DNA of 64,000 nt from contig NW_026925526.1 in NCBI RefSeq assembly GCF_032062105.1, forward strand, positions 124,001 through 188,000, written 5' to 3'. The notes below the pieces were generated by a model, which saw only the letters and a list, made by a program, of their open reading frames with translations, had not been told where the DNA came from and did not search any database. The stretch is from Saccostrea cucullata. Its lineage: Eukaryota. A program made the translations under genes and the position numbers. This document shows, piece after piece, positions 1 through 13,610 of the stretch (positions within the stretch are counted from its first letter, which is position 1; each line of letters opens with the position of its first letter).

Positions 1-149
1 TTGAACTGAATACCCTTCCGGTCAACCTCTTCAACAGAGCAAAATACAAGACAAAAGCCTGTATTGATGAGAAATATTACTGGGTATGTCTCTTCAATAA
101 GCATTAAAAGAAACAATAAAATTTGTACCGGAAGGGTTGTTGTTTCGAG

Positions 150-441
150 GTTTTGTTTCTGTCTGTAAGCCCGTCCGTCTAGCTGTACGTCCGTCCGTCT
201 GTCTGTTACGCTTTGGGGTACCCATCTCTTATCCGCAACTCTTCTCATACCACTGAATGAAATTTGATGAAACTTTCACAGAATCTTTATTATATATTGC
301 CATTGTGCACCTCCTCCTATTTTACTTTTTGGTGTGACACATATTTTGGGTTTCCCACAACAAAACATGGACACTCCAATTATATTCATATGGGAGGCGA
401 GGTATCATTTAGTGAGCTCATTGCTTACAGTACCTCGTTTT
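150..441. mobile_element. Non-autonomous interspersed repeat with (CCGT/CTGT)n microsatellite, Helentron/HINE(CvA/pearl)-like fragment
   Basis: ccgtccgtc/tgtctgtc microsatellite at 170-205 followed by a conserved-looking body, a terminal stem (gaggtatcatttagtgagc...ttgcttacagtacctc, 400-436) and a T-tract. Family assignment is from pattern recognition only. Confidence 0.4.
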
Positions 442-1499
442 TGTTTTTTGTTTTTTTACATTAAATTTTGTAATCTTATTTTATCCCGTTTTTAACTATT
501 CAAACTGATTTTGAAAGCATGAAATTGAACGTTATTTTCAAGAATAAGTACCGGTATATAGACAAATGCATACCGGTACTTGCATTTATCAATAACTTCA
601 ACCATTATTTTTTTGTTAATAGATAAATACAAATTTACGCTTTGCATAATTTTAATAATGAATGTCATGTTTTACAAAAATATTAAAGTTTGATAAAAAA
701 TTTGTTATTCATGAATATAGTTTGTCGTAAAACATTGATTTTCATATTTGTTCAGATACCTTCGTATACTATGCATGTTCTTGGGATCTTTAGTTATTTT
801 CGAATATTAATTTTCTATTTACAATTTTCTCTGAAAATGTGTCAGCAAATAGTGTTTTTTTCCTGGAAAAATCATTTTTTAAGTCTGTTTTCTAGCAGGT
901 TCATACTTGTTTTGTTACTTAGAAAACACTTGTGGTATCCTACTTAGAATTTTTAACAGAAACAATTTTTAAAAAGTTCAATGTGCTTAGTATGTTTTTA
1001 GATTTAATCATAAAACATCTTGCAAAGGTGGAAACAACAGCAAAATTGTCGTTAAATCACGTTTTGTATCAATATAAATCATTCTGAATGAAATTCGATC
1101 ATGCTATTTAAAAGGACGTTTCAAAGAAATGCAAATAATAGTCATAAAGCGTTGCACTCTAGGCATTTGAATACCCCCAACCTTTTTGAGATATGAAAAC
1201 AACAGTAAAAATCTCATCATAACGTATACAGTTAATTTTTTATGAGTTATGTGGGACTAAAGAGGATATGCTGAAACTGGCAATGAATCATTGTAAGGTT
1301 TCTGTATAAAGTTAAGAAATCTGAACAATAGGTAGGGTAGATCAAATTAACCTCCGTATACTTTAACGTTAAAAAAAATAAGACTGAAACGTTATTTTGA
1401 AAAATTTCAAACTGAAAATGTGGACTATGAGTATAAAGATGTTTTATTGACAAAAGACGATAAGAACAAACTAATTCAACAACTAAATTGAATGGCAAA

Positions 1500-1925
1500 C
1501 GAGATTACTTTTGCTCTTCCATCGTCAACTTTCTTTATTTATGTAGTAATACTCCACAAACACTTGCATATGGTGCTTACCAGGTATGTCCTCAATCCGA
1601 TTCGATGCGCAAGAGCATGCTCTGAATTTGATATATATTTTTTTAAACCGAAGTAAGCTAATAAACATATTGTGATTTTACGGGATTTCAACAACCTGGC
1701 TTAAGTCGGCATTAAGTTAATTCATTGGTCGTTATAATGACCATGTTATCAAAACGTTACACTAAGTCGTATTAGGTAACGTTTATACTTAATCTAAACT
1801 ACTCCGTCTATCTAATACATTAGTCTTGCGGCAGGTGTGACCAATCGATACAAGATGCTTACCCCTCTCAGGTACATTATCCCACCTCTGCATTTTTCAG
1901 AGGGTCGTGTTTTTCTGACCATTTC
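1500..1925 (+). mobile_element. Degenerate Penelope-like retroelement 3' fragment
   Basis: Similar to the other copies in the window (atcgtcaactttc, attcgatgcgcaagagc, ggtgtgacc...gatgcttac), e.g. 5535-5990 and 24700-25130. Confidence 0.5.
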
Positions 1926-3350
1926 ACAGATTTATATATAGATTTTTTAAGATCTATATCGGTTTAAGATCTCTTCCGAAAGACCCTCGACTTTCACATT
2001 TAATGTTGGACGTTTGACTACCTGTGTTTTCATATTAGGTTTGGCTCAGTGCGGCAAAAAAGTCTATCAAACCCCTTTAGGCCTCCACAATACAAACAAA
2101 CTGTCACTGTGTTACATGTACCTTGACCGTTCTTGGACTTATCAGAGTTCATCAATTCACTGACCCTTATTATTCCATATTAAGGCAGAGTATGCAATTT
2201 GTTTTAAAAACTCGTGGCACTTTACATTTATTTGGATTTAATATGAATTGCAATGAAAATAATCAAACCAACATAAATGTGTTTCTTAAATTAATAAAAT
2301 TTATGAATTTAATGATAACGATTTGAGATGCAGCTATACTTGTATATCAAATTAAAGAAAACAATGACCTACATGCAAATCATAGAATACTAGAATATAT
2401 TTTGAGCAGTTATAATATTTTTTACTTAGGCATGGACTTTCCAGTAGAAAGTGCAAATTAGAGTACATATAAGCTAAGTTACGAAAAATTATCAACTATC
2501 TTTGGTAAACTCAACTCATTAATAACCAGAGTAGCTCTCCTCTATAATTCGGCATGAATACAAAGAAGCTAGTGCTTCCGCAAACAGAATGAAGGTCGCT
2601 ATAATTACTAGTTCAATAATTATAAATAAATAATATACTGAACATTCTGTAAATATATACTTAACGACAAAGAAAACAACATCTGGCATTTTTCTCTGTG
2701 ATGATTTAAACGCAGACGGTACAAGCAAATACATTTTTGTTGCATTGCTTTGTATTAATTAGGGCAGTGCATGTTTGAAAAAAAAAATGTTGACTTACTT
2801 TTAATGCACAGAGCGTGAATCTAGAAAAGGTATACAAACTTTGGCGTTCGAGTTACATTCACATAAAAATTAAATCCATTGATCCATAAACCACAAAAGA
2901 AAAAAAAATCAAAACACTAAAATTTGTTATTCTTAGATCCAGGTTTCTCCTTGTTCTTTAATATCAAAATTTAAAATCTCTGGGCATTCCGTCACCTTTA
3001 TTCTTGCCTTCCACCTCTGATAAGAAAATTTTTGGTTATGGTATTTTATGATAATTATTAACAATTGTTAGAGATAGATACTAGATTAGTAGTTGTAATA
3101 TATAGAAAAATATAATTGATTTATACATTGATATTATACTTTCATGTAAATTAGTTGAATCTGATTGGTCGAGAAACATTTGCTAAAAAAACACTATTAC
3201 CCGCTGAATAATTAAGCCACGCCCTCCAGTGTAGCAACAGTCAACATTGCTTGACGACGGGTGGTATTCCAAAAAATAGCGACTGTGCAGAATTTATGCG
3301 CGCACGGTTCACTGTTATATGTATTTGTATAAAACACTCAGTATAATATA

Positions 3351-3421
3351 ATAAATATTGCATGTAGTTGAGTGTAACATTGAAATTTTCAATGTTACAC
3401 TCAACTACATGCAATATTTAT
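3351..3421. repeat. Perfect 71-bp palindrome (35-bp arms, 1-nt centre)
   Basis: ataaatattgcatgtagttgagtgtaacattgaaa-t-tttcaatgttacactcaactacatgcaatatttat. Confidence 0.9.
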
Positions 3422-4869
3422 ATATTGTCGCATATCTGCGGTGATTTTCTTTCATTGATCTTTCTGTGGTGATATATCCCATATCACACATATGCGATAA
3501 TACTTTCCACGCCCCGTCATATATCACTGGAGAAGGCAGAAATCAGGTCAATTTTTTTTAAATTGAATTCCGCACTCCGCGCCCTCGATTTCCACGCCCC
3601 ATGAAAACGATATAATCAATACTTCTCGGAATCTATGATGTATAACCTATACTAATTATTTTTTAAAACTGTTTTTCATTGATTTTTAACATAGAATAAT
3701 AATAAAAAAATGAATGGACATTCAACGTTTTTATATGTTACTATTCAAAGCTAATTCACTATGAATTAGCTGCTTTTATCGAAGGAAGTGCATATCTGCC
3801 TTACCTAAGTCTCAATACTTATACCTAGTGATTATCGTTCTTGTCAATTATTTTAGTTGATTATTGCCCTTTTAATAAATACACCTGAGGGCGCTTTGGT
3901 TGCAATTTCCTTTTTCAATATTCCAGCATCATCTTGGGTCCAGCTTGTTATTGTGTATTATAAATTTGAAACTCCCACCCACCTCACCCATTTAGAAGAG
4001 ATGCTGCTTTTCTGGGTTTTTTATGCTTTCAGAGGAAGACTTGGAGCGAATATCAGTCTCAACATGACAGGACTTATGAGATGAAACTAGGGTCCTAGAC
4101 AACAGCTAAGGGGATCGAACCACAAGTACCTCTACGGGCTCACACCATTCTGGACTTGATTTAATGTGAAAGCGATGTGAGGAACACCTATTCATATGGA
4201 AGTGATTCATTCCAAGAGCAAATCATGCACCATTTTTGCAGGAGCCAATAACTTTCCTTTAACCTCAATTTTAAAACAATAATGTTGATTTATACAATCT
4301 GGTACGGCTGTCCGTTTCTTTCCGGCTGAGATGTGCGTAAACGAGCGGCACTAAGTAACTATCCTTGTATGCAGTCATGTAACTCATGAAAGTTGAAAAG
4401 TAAACTTTGGATTTAGATATACATAAATAAGTGCTTGACCTCTGCACCTCCCAGGGTCAAGGCTTTTACCACTTTCTGAGATGGTGTTTGTGAACTTTGA
4501 CCTTTGAACTATGAACTTTGAACCTGAGTTTGAAGATTTAATATTAATTTATGTAATCTTTGTTTTGTTGTGTTGCCAGAGACACCAACAGCTTTTCATA
4601 ATTTGTGTCTCTGGATAAACAGCCGTGCCCAATCATCGCCACAATAAAATTTATTAAATACATACTTGATGTTTTTATATGCACTTATCTGAGATAATAG
4701 TATATTTCATGTGAATTCTTTTTATTTTTACCAAACTTTTAGATTTATAATATTGCCCAAATGATTTTTATAATTCTAAATCAGTTCCTGCGATTTCATT
4801 AGATAAAAGCATGTGTGCATTTTATTTGATGAGAAGTTTATCAAATTAAGATTAAATTGATTGCAATAT

Positions 4870-6030
4870 TTTAACTTTCGGACAATTTGATATTACAAAA
4901 TTTTACTTAAATCAACAACATAAAAACGAATGACTTTTCAACTTTATATAGAACTATTTCGCACGATGAATTAAACTCCAAGCTTTCGATATCATTGACA
5001 GCTTCTTTTTCAATAAAAGTGGAACTCATCAATTTACTTACCTTGTCATTGGTCATTTCCACATTATCTTTTATAAAAAAAACTTTCTGATTGTACACAC
5101 AGATACTCTGAAGTTGATATTAAAAAGATGCTTGAGTTTCTGCTTGACAATAATATCCCATCTATGTGTTTTTTTGGTGACCAGGTCTTTCAGCAATATA
5201 TTTGAATTCCCAGGGTACCAAATGCGCCCCCTTATTAGCATACCTTTTTGCATTTATATGAAGCATAATTTTCCGAAATCTTATACGTGAAAAGAAGATA
5301 ACACTTGCTGTGGCTTTCAACTAAACATTTAAATATATCGACGACGTATTGTCAATTAGCAATGCTTATTTTCATTATTATGTGTATAGTACGATATAAA
5401 CCGGTGCCCTTTCAATAAAAGATACAACAGAATCTGACAGAATTTGTTTCACATTTGGAAATTTTACTTGAAAATGACTTTAACAATTAACTAACAACCA
5501 AGAGTTATGATTAACGCGACGACTTTAACTTTTTAATTGTCAACTTGTCTAATTTAAACAGCAATTTTATACCCTCATCACTTGCAAACGGGGTTTATAT
5601 CTCGCAGTTGATTCGATATGCAAGAGCATCTTCTACGTCAGTACAATTCCTTAACAGATCTCGAGATAAGTTATTGACAAACAAGTTGATGAAACAAGAA
5701 AATCAGCAGTCTCGTTTAAATTCATCATTTCGTGAAATTTATGGTCAATACAATGATATTGTCAGCAAATACGGTTTATCATTAAGTCATTAAGTCGTTT
5801 TTCATGCTAATTGTTAGGCCCCTATTTACACGCTGAATTGTCGACAGACTTTCCCGTTATTTTTTTTATCATGACAAGGAGCACATAACGGATGTGACAG
5901 CTTGGGGAGGCTCGTTCTTCCATGGCGCCTGACCCTACCTGATATTTTGGAGGTCTTTGACGCGCTGCTCAAAATGTGTATTGTTTAAAGAACTTTGAGC
6001 TTGAATGCTGTTAGTTACCCACTTATATTT
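4870..6030 (+). mobile_element. Decayed Penelope-like retroelement reverse transcriptase fragment
   Basis: Interrupted RT motifs in order: an IP(M)GT.CAP-like motif (~5205-5231), KYIDDVL (5331-5351), and ORF 5545-5793 GVYISQLIRYAR...LTNKLMKQ. Many stops and frameshifts. Confidence 0.7.
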
Positions 6031-6265
6031 CATAAAGTTTATGTTAACTGAAATATAATACTGTTTATTGATTGAACCTCGTCAAAATATCTAAATATTG
6101 AACGCAACACAACAGGAAAAACCTTTTCATTTAATTTAGAAGGTTTCGAATCAATCTTGCTTCTTCAAGAATACAAAAAGACCGAATAATTAAGGGGTAC
6201 AACTAAGACCCATGATAGTTTCAATGTATTGTTGGAAGTTTAGGTCTCCAAATACCACATTTATA

Positions 6266-6859
6266 CTGGTGTCTCATAATATCGCGGTACTTTATCCTTT
6301 TGCATAAAAAGTGTTATTCCAATTTTTTACTTTTAACTTTCATCAAATACTATCCATTAACCAATCTATGGCCTAACTTTTTAGTGTCAAATTATTTCAC
6401 AAGTTTGCATTGGTTAATTTGTTGTCTAATTTTAAAACGGGGAGTCTTATTTACCTCCTGAATTGTAGAGTCTCATAGAATCGCGGTATAGGAAAACATG
6501 GAAACTTGTGGCTGACATGGACTTCAATTTTTATTTTTATATGTACGGTGCAATTCTACATAAAAAATCAACATTTATACAAACTAAAGACTTTCGAAAC
6601 ATGAACTTTATTACGGCTTTTACTAGGTTATAAAATCAATGATCTAAATATGATAAAAAACGGGAATGGAAATCTGTAAGATTACGTTTTATTTGAATAA
6701 AAAATTTACCGACGCATATTCCATACTTTTTAATCATCAAAAAAGTATACATTCGGACGAAAAACAGATGGTTTTTTAACAAAGAGGATATGAACTATGT
6801 ATCTGAATTTTTCAAATATATCGCGATACAATGGAACCCGCGATATAATGAGAAGCGAG
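6266..6859. mobile_element. MITE with ~22-bp imperfect TIRs and TA(TA) flanks
   Basis: tata|ctggtgtctcataatatcgcgg ... ccgcgatataatgagaagcgag|tata. Confidence 0.6.
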
Positions 6860-7661
6860 TATATAAAAAGATTGATGGAATCCGATGCTAGTTAGGTAAA
6901 TCAAGAGCTTGATAGTATTCATCGTCGGAAACCCACGGGTGATCTCGTCTTTACTTATCACTCGCAAACTCGCCGAAATATCGTCGTAAAATATGTTAAT
7001 TTGTTGTTTTTAGTTAATCAATCAGAAAGTTGGAACTCTTCAATATTGAAAAATACGTTTATTACTTTGCTATTTAAAGTAAATATTTTGACGCTCGTTG
7101 AAATGTGCGAAGTTTGATTTAGAACAATGAAAATGAATTCGTTCAGGTCACTGACATTAATTATATCCGTCAGATATTATATAGGAGTACCTCTTTCTAA
7201 CTGCAAAATGCGCCGGGGAGTGAATTTATCAGCTGTGTTAACTAAGGAATTAAGTTTTTCATGTTTTTGGCAATGCCGAACATGCATACGTAACGTTGTT
7301 TGGCATCGCGACTCTGTGTAGCAGCCAATCAAATGACCCATGCATATTTAATTACATACGACGATATTTCGGCGAGTTTGCCCGCAGAAGGATAAAACGT
7401 ACGCTCAACTAGGACCTTAGGTCCCCCGCAAATAGTTCGTCATTTTGCGTAGTAATAAAACATTTTAGGAACTCTTCAGGCATAAAAGGCACAAAAGTAA
7501 ATTCATCGATATCAATACGGAGACCTCAGGTCACCTTATATATTTATTGAATTTTATATGATAGAGAGTTTTCTTTGTCTTACTCCAAAATAATCATATT
7601 AATAACTTTATACAGATCTACTTTCTAAAATATATATATTAGCAGAAACGTGAAAGTAATT

Positions 7662-9060
7662 AGGGGGACCAGAGGTAACCTTATATTATACATCAGTAGG
7701 GTGACCAGTAGTCACCTAATATTGTACATCATTAGAAGGATCATAGGTCACCTTGCATTTTAAATTAATAGGGGACCAAAAGTAACCGTTTATTGCACAT
7801 CATAAGGGGGACCTTAGGATACCTTATATTGTACATCATTTGGGGGACCAGAGGTCACCTTATATTGAACATCAATAAGGAGACCACAGGTCACCTTATA
7901 TTGCACATCAGTAGGGGGACCAGAGGTCACCTTATATTGAAAATCAATAAGGAGACCAGTAGTCATCTTATATTGTACATCAGTAGGGGGAACAGAGGAC
8001 ACCTTATATTGTACATCAGTAGGGGGCTTAGAGGTCACCTTATATTGTACATCGGTAGGGGGACAAGAAGGTCACCTTCTATTGTACATCAGTAGGGGGA
8101 CTAGAGTTCACCTTATATTGTACATCAGTAGGGGAGCAAGAGGTTGTCTTATATTGTCCAATAGTAGGGGTACTAGAGGTCACCTGATATTGTAAATTAG
8201 TAGGGGCACAGTGGACACCTTATATTATACATCATTAGGGGGACTAGAGGTCACCTTATATTGTACATCAGTAGGAGGACCAGAGGTTATCTTCATATTG
8301 TACATCAGCAGGGGTACCAGAGGACACCTTATATTGTTCATCAGTAGGGAGACCAGAGGTCACCTTATATTGTACATCAGTAGTGGGACCAGAGGACACC
8401 ATATAGTGTGCATCAGAAGGGGAACCAGAGGTCACCTTGTATTGTACATCATTAGGGGGACTAGAGGTCACCTTATATTGTACATCAGTAGGGGGACCAG
8501 AGGTCACCTCATATTGTACATCAGCACAGGGACCAGAGGTCACCTCATATTGTACATCATTAGGGGGACTAGAGGTCACCTTATATTGAACATCATTAGG
8601 GGGACTAGAGGTCACCTTGTATTTTACATCAGTAGGGGGACCAGAGGTCACCATATATTGTACATTAGTAGGGGGACCTGAGGACACCTTATATTGTACA
8701 TTATTTGGGGGACCAGAGATCACCTTATATTGTACATCAATAGGGGTACCAGATGTCACCTTGTATTTTACATCAATAGGGGTACCAGATGTCACCTTGT
8801 ATTTTACATCAATAGGGAGACCAGAGGTCACCTTCTATTGTACATCATTAGGGGGACCAGAGGTACTTCATTTTGTTAATCAATTGAAAGATCAGAGGTA
8901 TCCTCAAATTGTAAATGAATAGGGAGGCCAGAGGTTACCTTATGTTGTAAATCAATAAGTAACCAGAGATCACCTTATATTGTAAGTCTGCATAGAGACC
9001 CGAAGACGCCTGATATTTTACATAAATATGGAGACCAAAGGAGTCCTTATTTGGTCACCT
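7662..9060 (+). repeat. 36-bp tandem array, left arm (~38 units)
   Basis: Consensus gggggaccagaggtcaccttatattgtacatcagta, which gives the 12-aa periodic ORFs (GTRGHLILYISR). Confidence 0.95.
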
Positions 9061-10615
9061 GAATCAACTCATGTGACTTATTGATATCTGTGGCTTTTTT
9101 TCTGGCGTCGTGCGCTGTGCTTTGTGCGTTAACATTCGAACATTTTCAGCTTCTCACTGCAATCCCTCGACCATTTACAACCAATTTTGGCATAAAGCAT
9201 CTATGTGTGAAGGGGAATTTTTTTTTTAATCATGGTCCGTGCCCTCCACCCTGTCGGTCAGAGGGTTGGGGCGAAACCACTACAATTGATGCGATCTTTA
9301 AAAATCTATTTTACTCATTGACATCAGGCCATAAAACTGTTGGCATAATTATTTTAAGCATTCACTTCTCCTCTACCAAAATTCTGAAATTCATTGTCCC
9401 AGGGTCAGGGGCTCTGGGGTTAGGACGTGGCTATAAAAATCATATAATGAAATGAATTTATTCTTTGAAAATCTTCTCCTCTTCTCCTGGATATTAAACA
9501 AACTAAATGCATAGTTATGATGAGGAAGGGTGTCTTCTCCAAAGTTCTGAAATTATGACCCAAGGGATAGGGGTTCTGGTGTTAGGGTGGGGCTATATAA
9601 ATTGTAAAGTTAAAATATATTTATTCTTAAAAAAAGATCTTCTCTGCTCCTGGATATATATTAAACTAACTAAGGCAACTGGCTTACATGTATATCTACC
9701 ATTGAGGAGTGGGGGCTCTAATTAAATACTGTAATTGAATTAATGCTTTGAAATTTGTTCTTTGGTATAAACCCAGAAATTTTTTATGAGCAATGGTGCC
9801 TTTTCCAAAATTGTGAAATGTATGACCCCAGGATGGGGTTTTTTATGGTGAATGGGCACTGCTAATTATTGGTAATTAAAACTAACTATTACTTATTATT
9901 TGAAATGTACTTTTTTGTTCCCATACTCTCGATGGGTATTACGAAGCCAAACTAAGCGGGGGTCAACATTACCACTACATCGCTAAAAATTTTAACTCAT
10001 TACCGCTACATTGTTTCAAAATTTCGACCGATCATTACTGCTACATAAGGAATCAATCGGGTATGCAGGTACGGGATTTAATATACGTTTAATCACAAAG
10101 CTTTCACAAAGAATTCAGCACGAAGTTTTACAGTTCTCATTCTAAAATGTTTGAAATTTTGGCAATGTTGACAGAAGTTTAATATTAGCAGTGTCAAATA
10201 AAACGTTATAGGTCCATTATTTGTTGTACCTTATTCTACATATTTTGAAGTCGCATGTGAATATGGGATGTTGTATTTCAGAGGATACAGGTCTTATACA
10301 TGTATATGTTGTACTTACATCAATCTGTACACGCACAAGTGGCTGGCAATGTAGCGGTAATTTATACTTTTATATGTAGCAGTAATGTAATGTTTTTTGT
10401 AGCGGAAATGACTATGCAGTGGTAATGAAAATTTTGAAAATGTAGTAGTAATGATACGCACCCAAGTTAACATGCTAAGTATATAGTTATGATGAGCAAT
10501 AGTGCTTTTTTTTCAAAAATTGCGAATGTCATGGCCAATGCTCGAACCAAATTCAATCGTTGTCAAGTTTTTACATGATATTCAGATGACCTATAAGACC
10601 CATGGGCCTCTTGTT
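9047..10615. mobile_element. Helentron/HINE-like non-autonomous insertion in the centre of the foldback element, with a further TIR element at ~9959-10463
   Basis: Starts ttatttggtcacctgaatc and ends agacccatgggcctcttgtt; these termini match the element at 27677-28730 in reverse. Inner element has cattaccactacat...atgtagtagtaatg inverted ends. Confidence 0.55.
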
Positions 10616-10789
10616 GTTTTCTGATAAGTGAACTTCTGGTATTCTGTTAATATGCATTTTATCTGTAACCTCTGGTCCATCCTTATTTTCATTTGAGATG
10701 TCTCTCAGTTAAGACGAGTCTAGTATCGTTGATGCCTTATCTCTGCAATCATGTAAGTTTTATTTTTGTCTGGTGTCCTTAAAAATGTA

Positions 10790-13610
10790 CGACAATGGAG
10801 ACTACTGGTTTCCCTATTTATGCACAATATAAGATGACCTCTGCTTCCCCTAATAATGTACAGTATAAGGTGACCTCTGGTCAACCTTGTGTTGTAAAAT
10901 ATTAGGTGACCTTCGGTCCCCCTAATGATCTACAACATAGGGTGACATCTTGCCCCCTTTTGATGTATAAGGTGACCTCTGCTTCCCCTAACGATGTACA
11001 ATATAATCTGACGTCTGGTCTTGTACAGTATAAGGTGACATGTGTCCCCCTTGTGTTGTACAACATAAAGGTGACCTCTATTCTCCATAATAATATAAAG
11101 GAAAAGGTGACCTGTGGTCAACCTATTGATGCAAAAAACAAATTGACCTCTGGCCCACATATTGATGAACATTAAAACTAAACTCAGGCTCTGGTCCCCT
11201 AATTGATGTAAAATATAAAGTGACCTCTTCCCTCTATTAATATACAATAGAGATGACTTTTAGTCCCCCTTTTGATATACAAAATCAGGTGGTCTCTGGT
11301 CCCTCTATTGATGTGAAATATAAGGTGACCTCTTCCCCCTATTTATATACAATATCAAGTGACTTCTAGTCCCCTTCCTGATGTTCAATATAAAATGGCC
11401 TCTGGCCCCCTATTGTTGTACAATATAAGGTGACCTCTGGTCCCCTAATAATGTACAAAATAATGTGATCTCGGATCTCTTTAATTAAGTACAACATAAG
11501 GTTACCTCTTGTCCCCCTAATGATGTACATGTGAATTGATCACTGGTCTCCCTACTGATGTACAAGATAAGGTGACCTCTGGTCCCCTACTGATGTGCAA
11601 TATGAGTTGAACTTTGGTATCCCTAAAAATGTACATATAGGGTGACCTCTGGTACCGCAGTGATGTACAATATAGGGTTACCCTGATCTCCCCATAGATA
11701 TATACATAAGGAGAACCTCTACATGCTGTCCCCCTATTAGACAAAATAAGATGACCTCTGGTCCTCTGAATTAAAGGTTATACCTGGTCCCCCTATTTAT
11801 GTACATAAAGGGTGACCACTGGTTCGTCTATTCATGTACATATAAGATGACCTCTGGTCCCTCTTATGATGTACAGTATAAGGTGACCTATGGTCCCCCT
11901 AATGATGTTCAATATAAACTTACCTCTGGTCCCCCTAATGATGTTCAATATAAGGTAACCTCTGGTCCCCTAATGGTCTACAATATAAGGTGATCTATGG
12001 TTCCCCTAATGATGTTCAATATAAAGTGACCTCTGGTCCCCCTAATGATGTTCAATATAAGGTGACCTCTGGTCCCCTAATGGTGTTCAATATAAGGTAA
12101 CCTCTGGTCCCCCTGATGATGTAGAATATATGATGACCGCAGGTCCCCTATTGATGTTCAATATAAGCTTACCTCAGGTCCCCCTTATAATGTACAGTAT
12201 AAGGTGACCTATGGTCCCCCTAATGATGTTCAATATAAAGTAACCTCTCGTCCCCTAATGGTGTACAATATAAGGTGACCTCTGGTCCCCCTAGTGATGT
12301 TCAATATAAACTTACCTCTGGTCCCCCTAATGATGTTCAATATAAGGTAACCTCTGGTCCCCTAATGGTGTACAATATAAGGTGACTTATGGTCCTCCTA
12401 ATGATGTTCAATATAAGCTTACCTCTGGTCCCCTAATGGTGTACAATGTAAGGTGACCTCTGGTCCCCCTAATGATGTTCAATATAAGCTTACCTCTGGT
12501 CCTCCTAATGATTTTCAGTAGAAACTTACATCTGGTCCCCCTAATGATATTCAATATAAGGTGACCTCTGGTCCCCCTAATGATGTTCAATATAAGGTGA
12601 CCTCTGGTCCCCCTGATGATGTAGAATATATGATGACCTCAGGTCCCTCTAATGATGTTCAATATAAAGTGACCTCTGGTCCCCCTAATGATGTTCAATA
12701 TAAGGTGATCTCTGGTCCCCCTGATGATGTAGAATATATAATGACCTCAGGTCACTCTAATGATGTTCAATATAAGGTGACCTCTGGTCCCCCTGATGAT
12801 GTAGAATATAAGCTTACCTCTGGTCCCCTAATGGTGTACAATATAAGGTGACCTATGGACCCCTTTATGACGTTTGATATAAGGTGATCTCTGGTCTCCT
12901 AATGGTGTTCAATATAAGGTGACCCCTGGTCCCCCAATGATGTTCAATATAAGGTGACCTCTGGTCCCCTAATGATGTACAATATAAGGTGACCTCTAGT
13001 CGAATAATTATGAACAATATAAGGTGACCTCTGGTCCCCCTAATGATGTTCAATATAAGGTGACCTCTGGTCCCCTAATGGTGTACAATATAAGGTGACC
13101 TATGGTCCCCTTAATGATGTTTGATATAAGGTGATTCCTGGTCCCCTAATTATGTTCAATGTAAGGTGACCTCTGGTCATCCTACTAATGTACAATATAA
13201 CGCACCTCTGATCCCCCTAGTCATGTACAATATAAGGTGACCTCTAGTCCCCATTATTGATGTTCAATATAAGGTGACCTGTGGTCCCCCTAATGATGTA
13301 CAATATAAAGTGCCCTCTTGTCCCCTAATGATCCACAGTATACTATAAGGTGACCTCTGTTCCCTCAAATGATGTGGAACAGAAGGTGACATCTGGTCTC
13401 CCTTTTGATGTACAATAAGGTGATCTCTGGTCCCCCTAATGATGTTCACTTAAGGTGACCTCTGGTCCCCTATGGATGTACATACCAGGTATAAGGTGAC
13501 CTCTGGTCCCCCTATTAAGGTACAATATGAGGTCACCTCTGGCCCCCCTAATGATACAATATTAGGTGACCTCTGGTCATATGATTTTTTTGTTACCTCT
13601 GGTATCCGCA
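10790..13610 (-). repeat. 35/36-bp tandem array, right arm (~75-80 units), reverse complement of the left array
   Basis: Consensus taatgatgttcaatataaggtgacctctggtccccc. Recurring variant gatgatgtagaatata at 12115, 12615, 12723 and 12795. Confidence 0.95.

Noticed and set aside
7662-13610. CRISPR array
   Set aside because: Units are head-to-tail with no unique spacers, there are no cas genes, and the context is eukaryotic.
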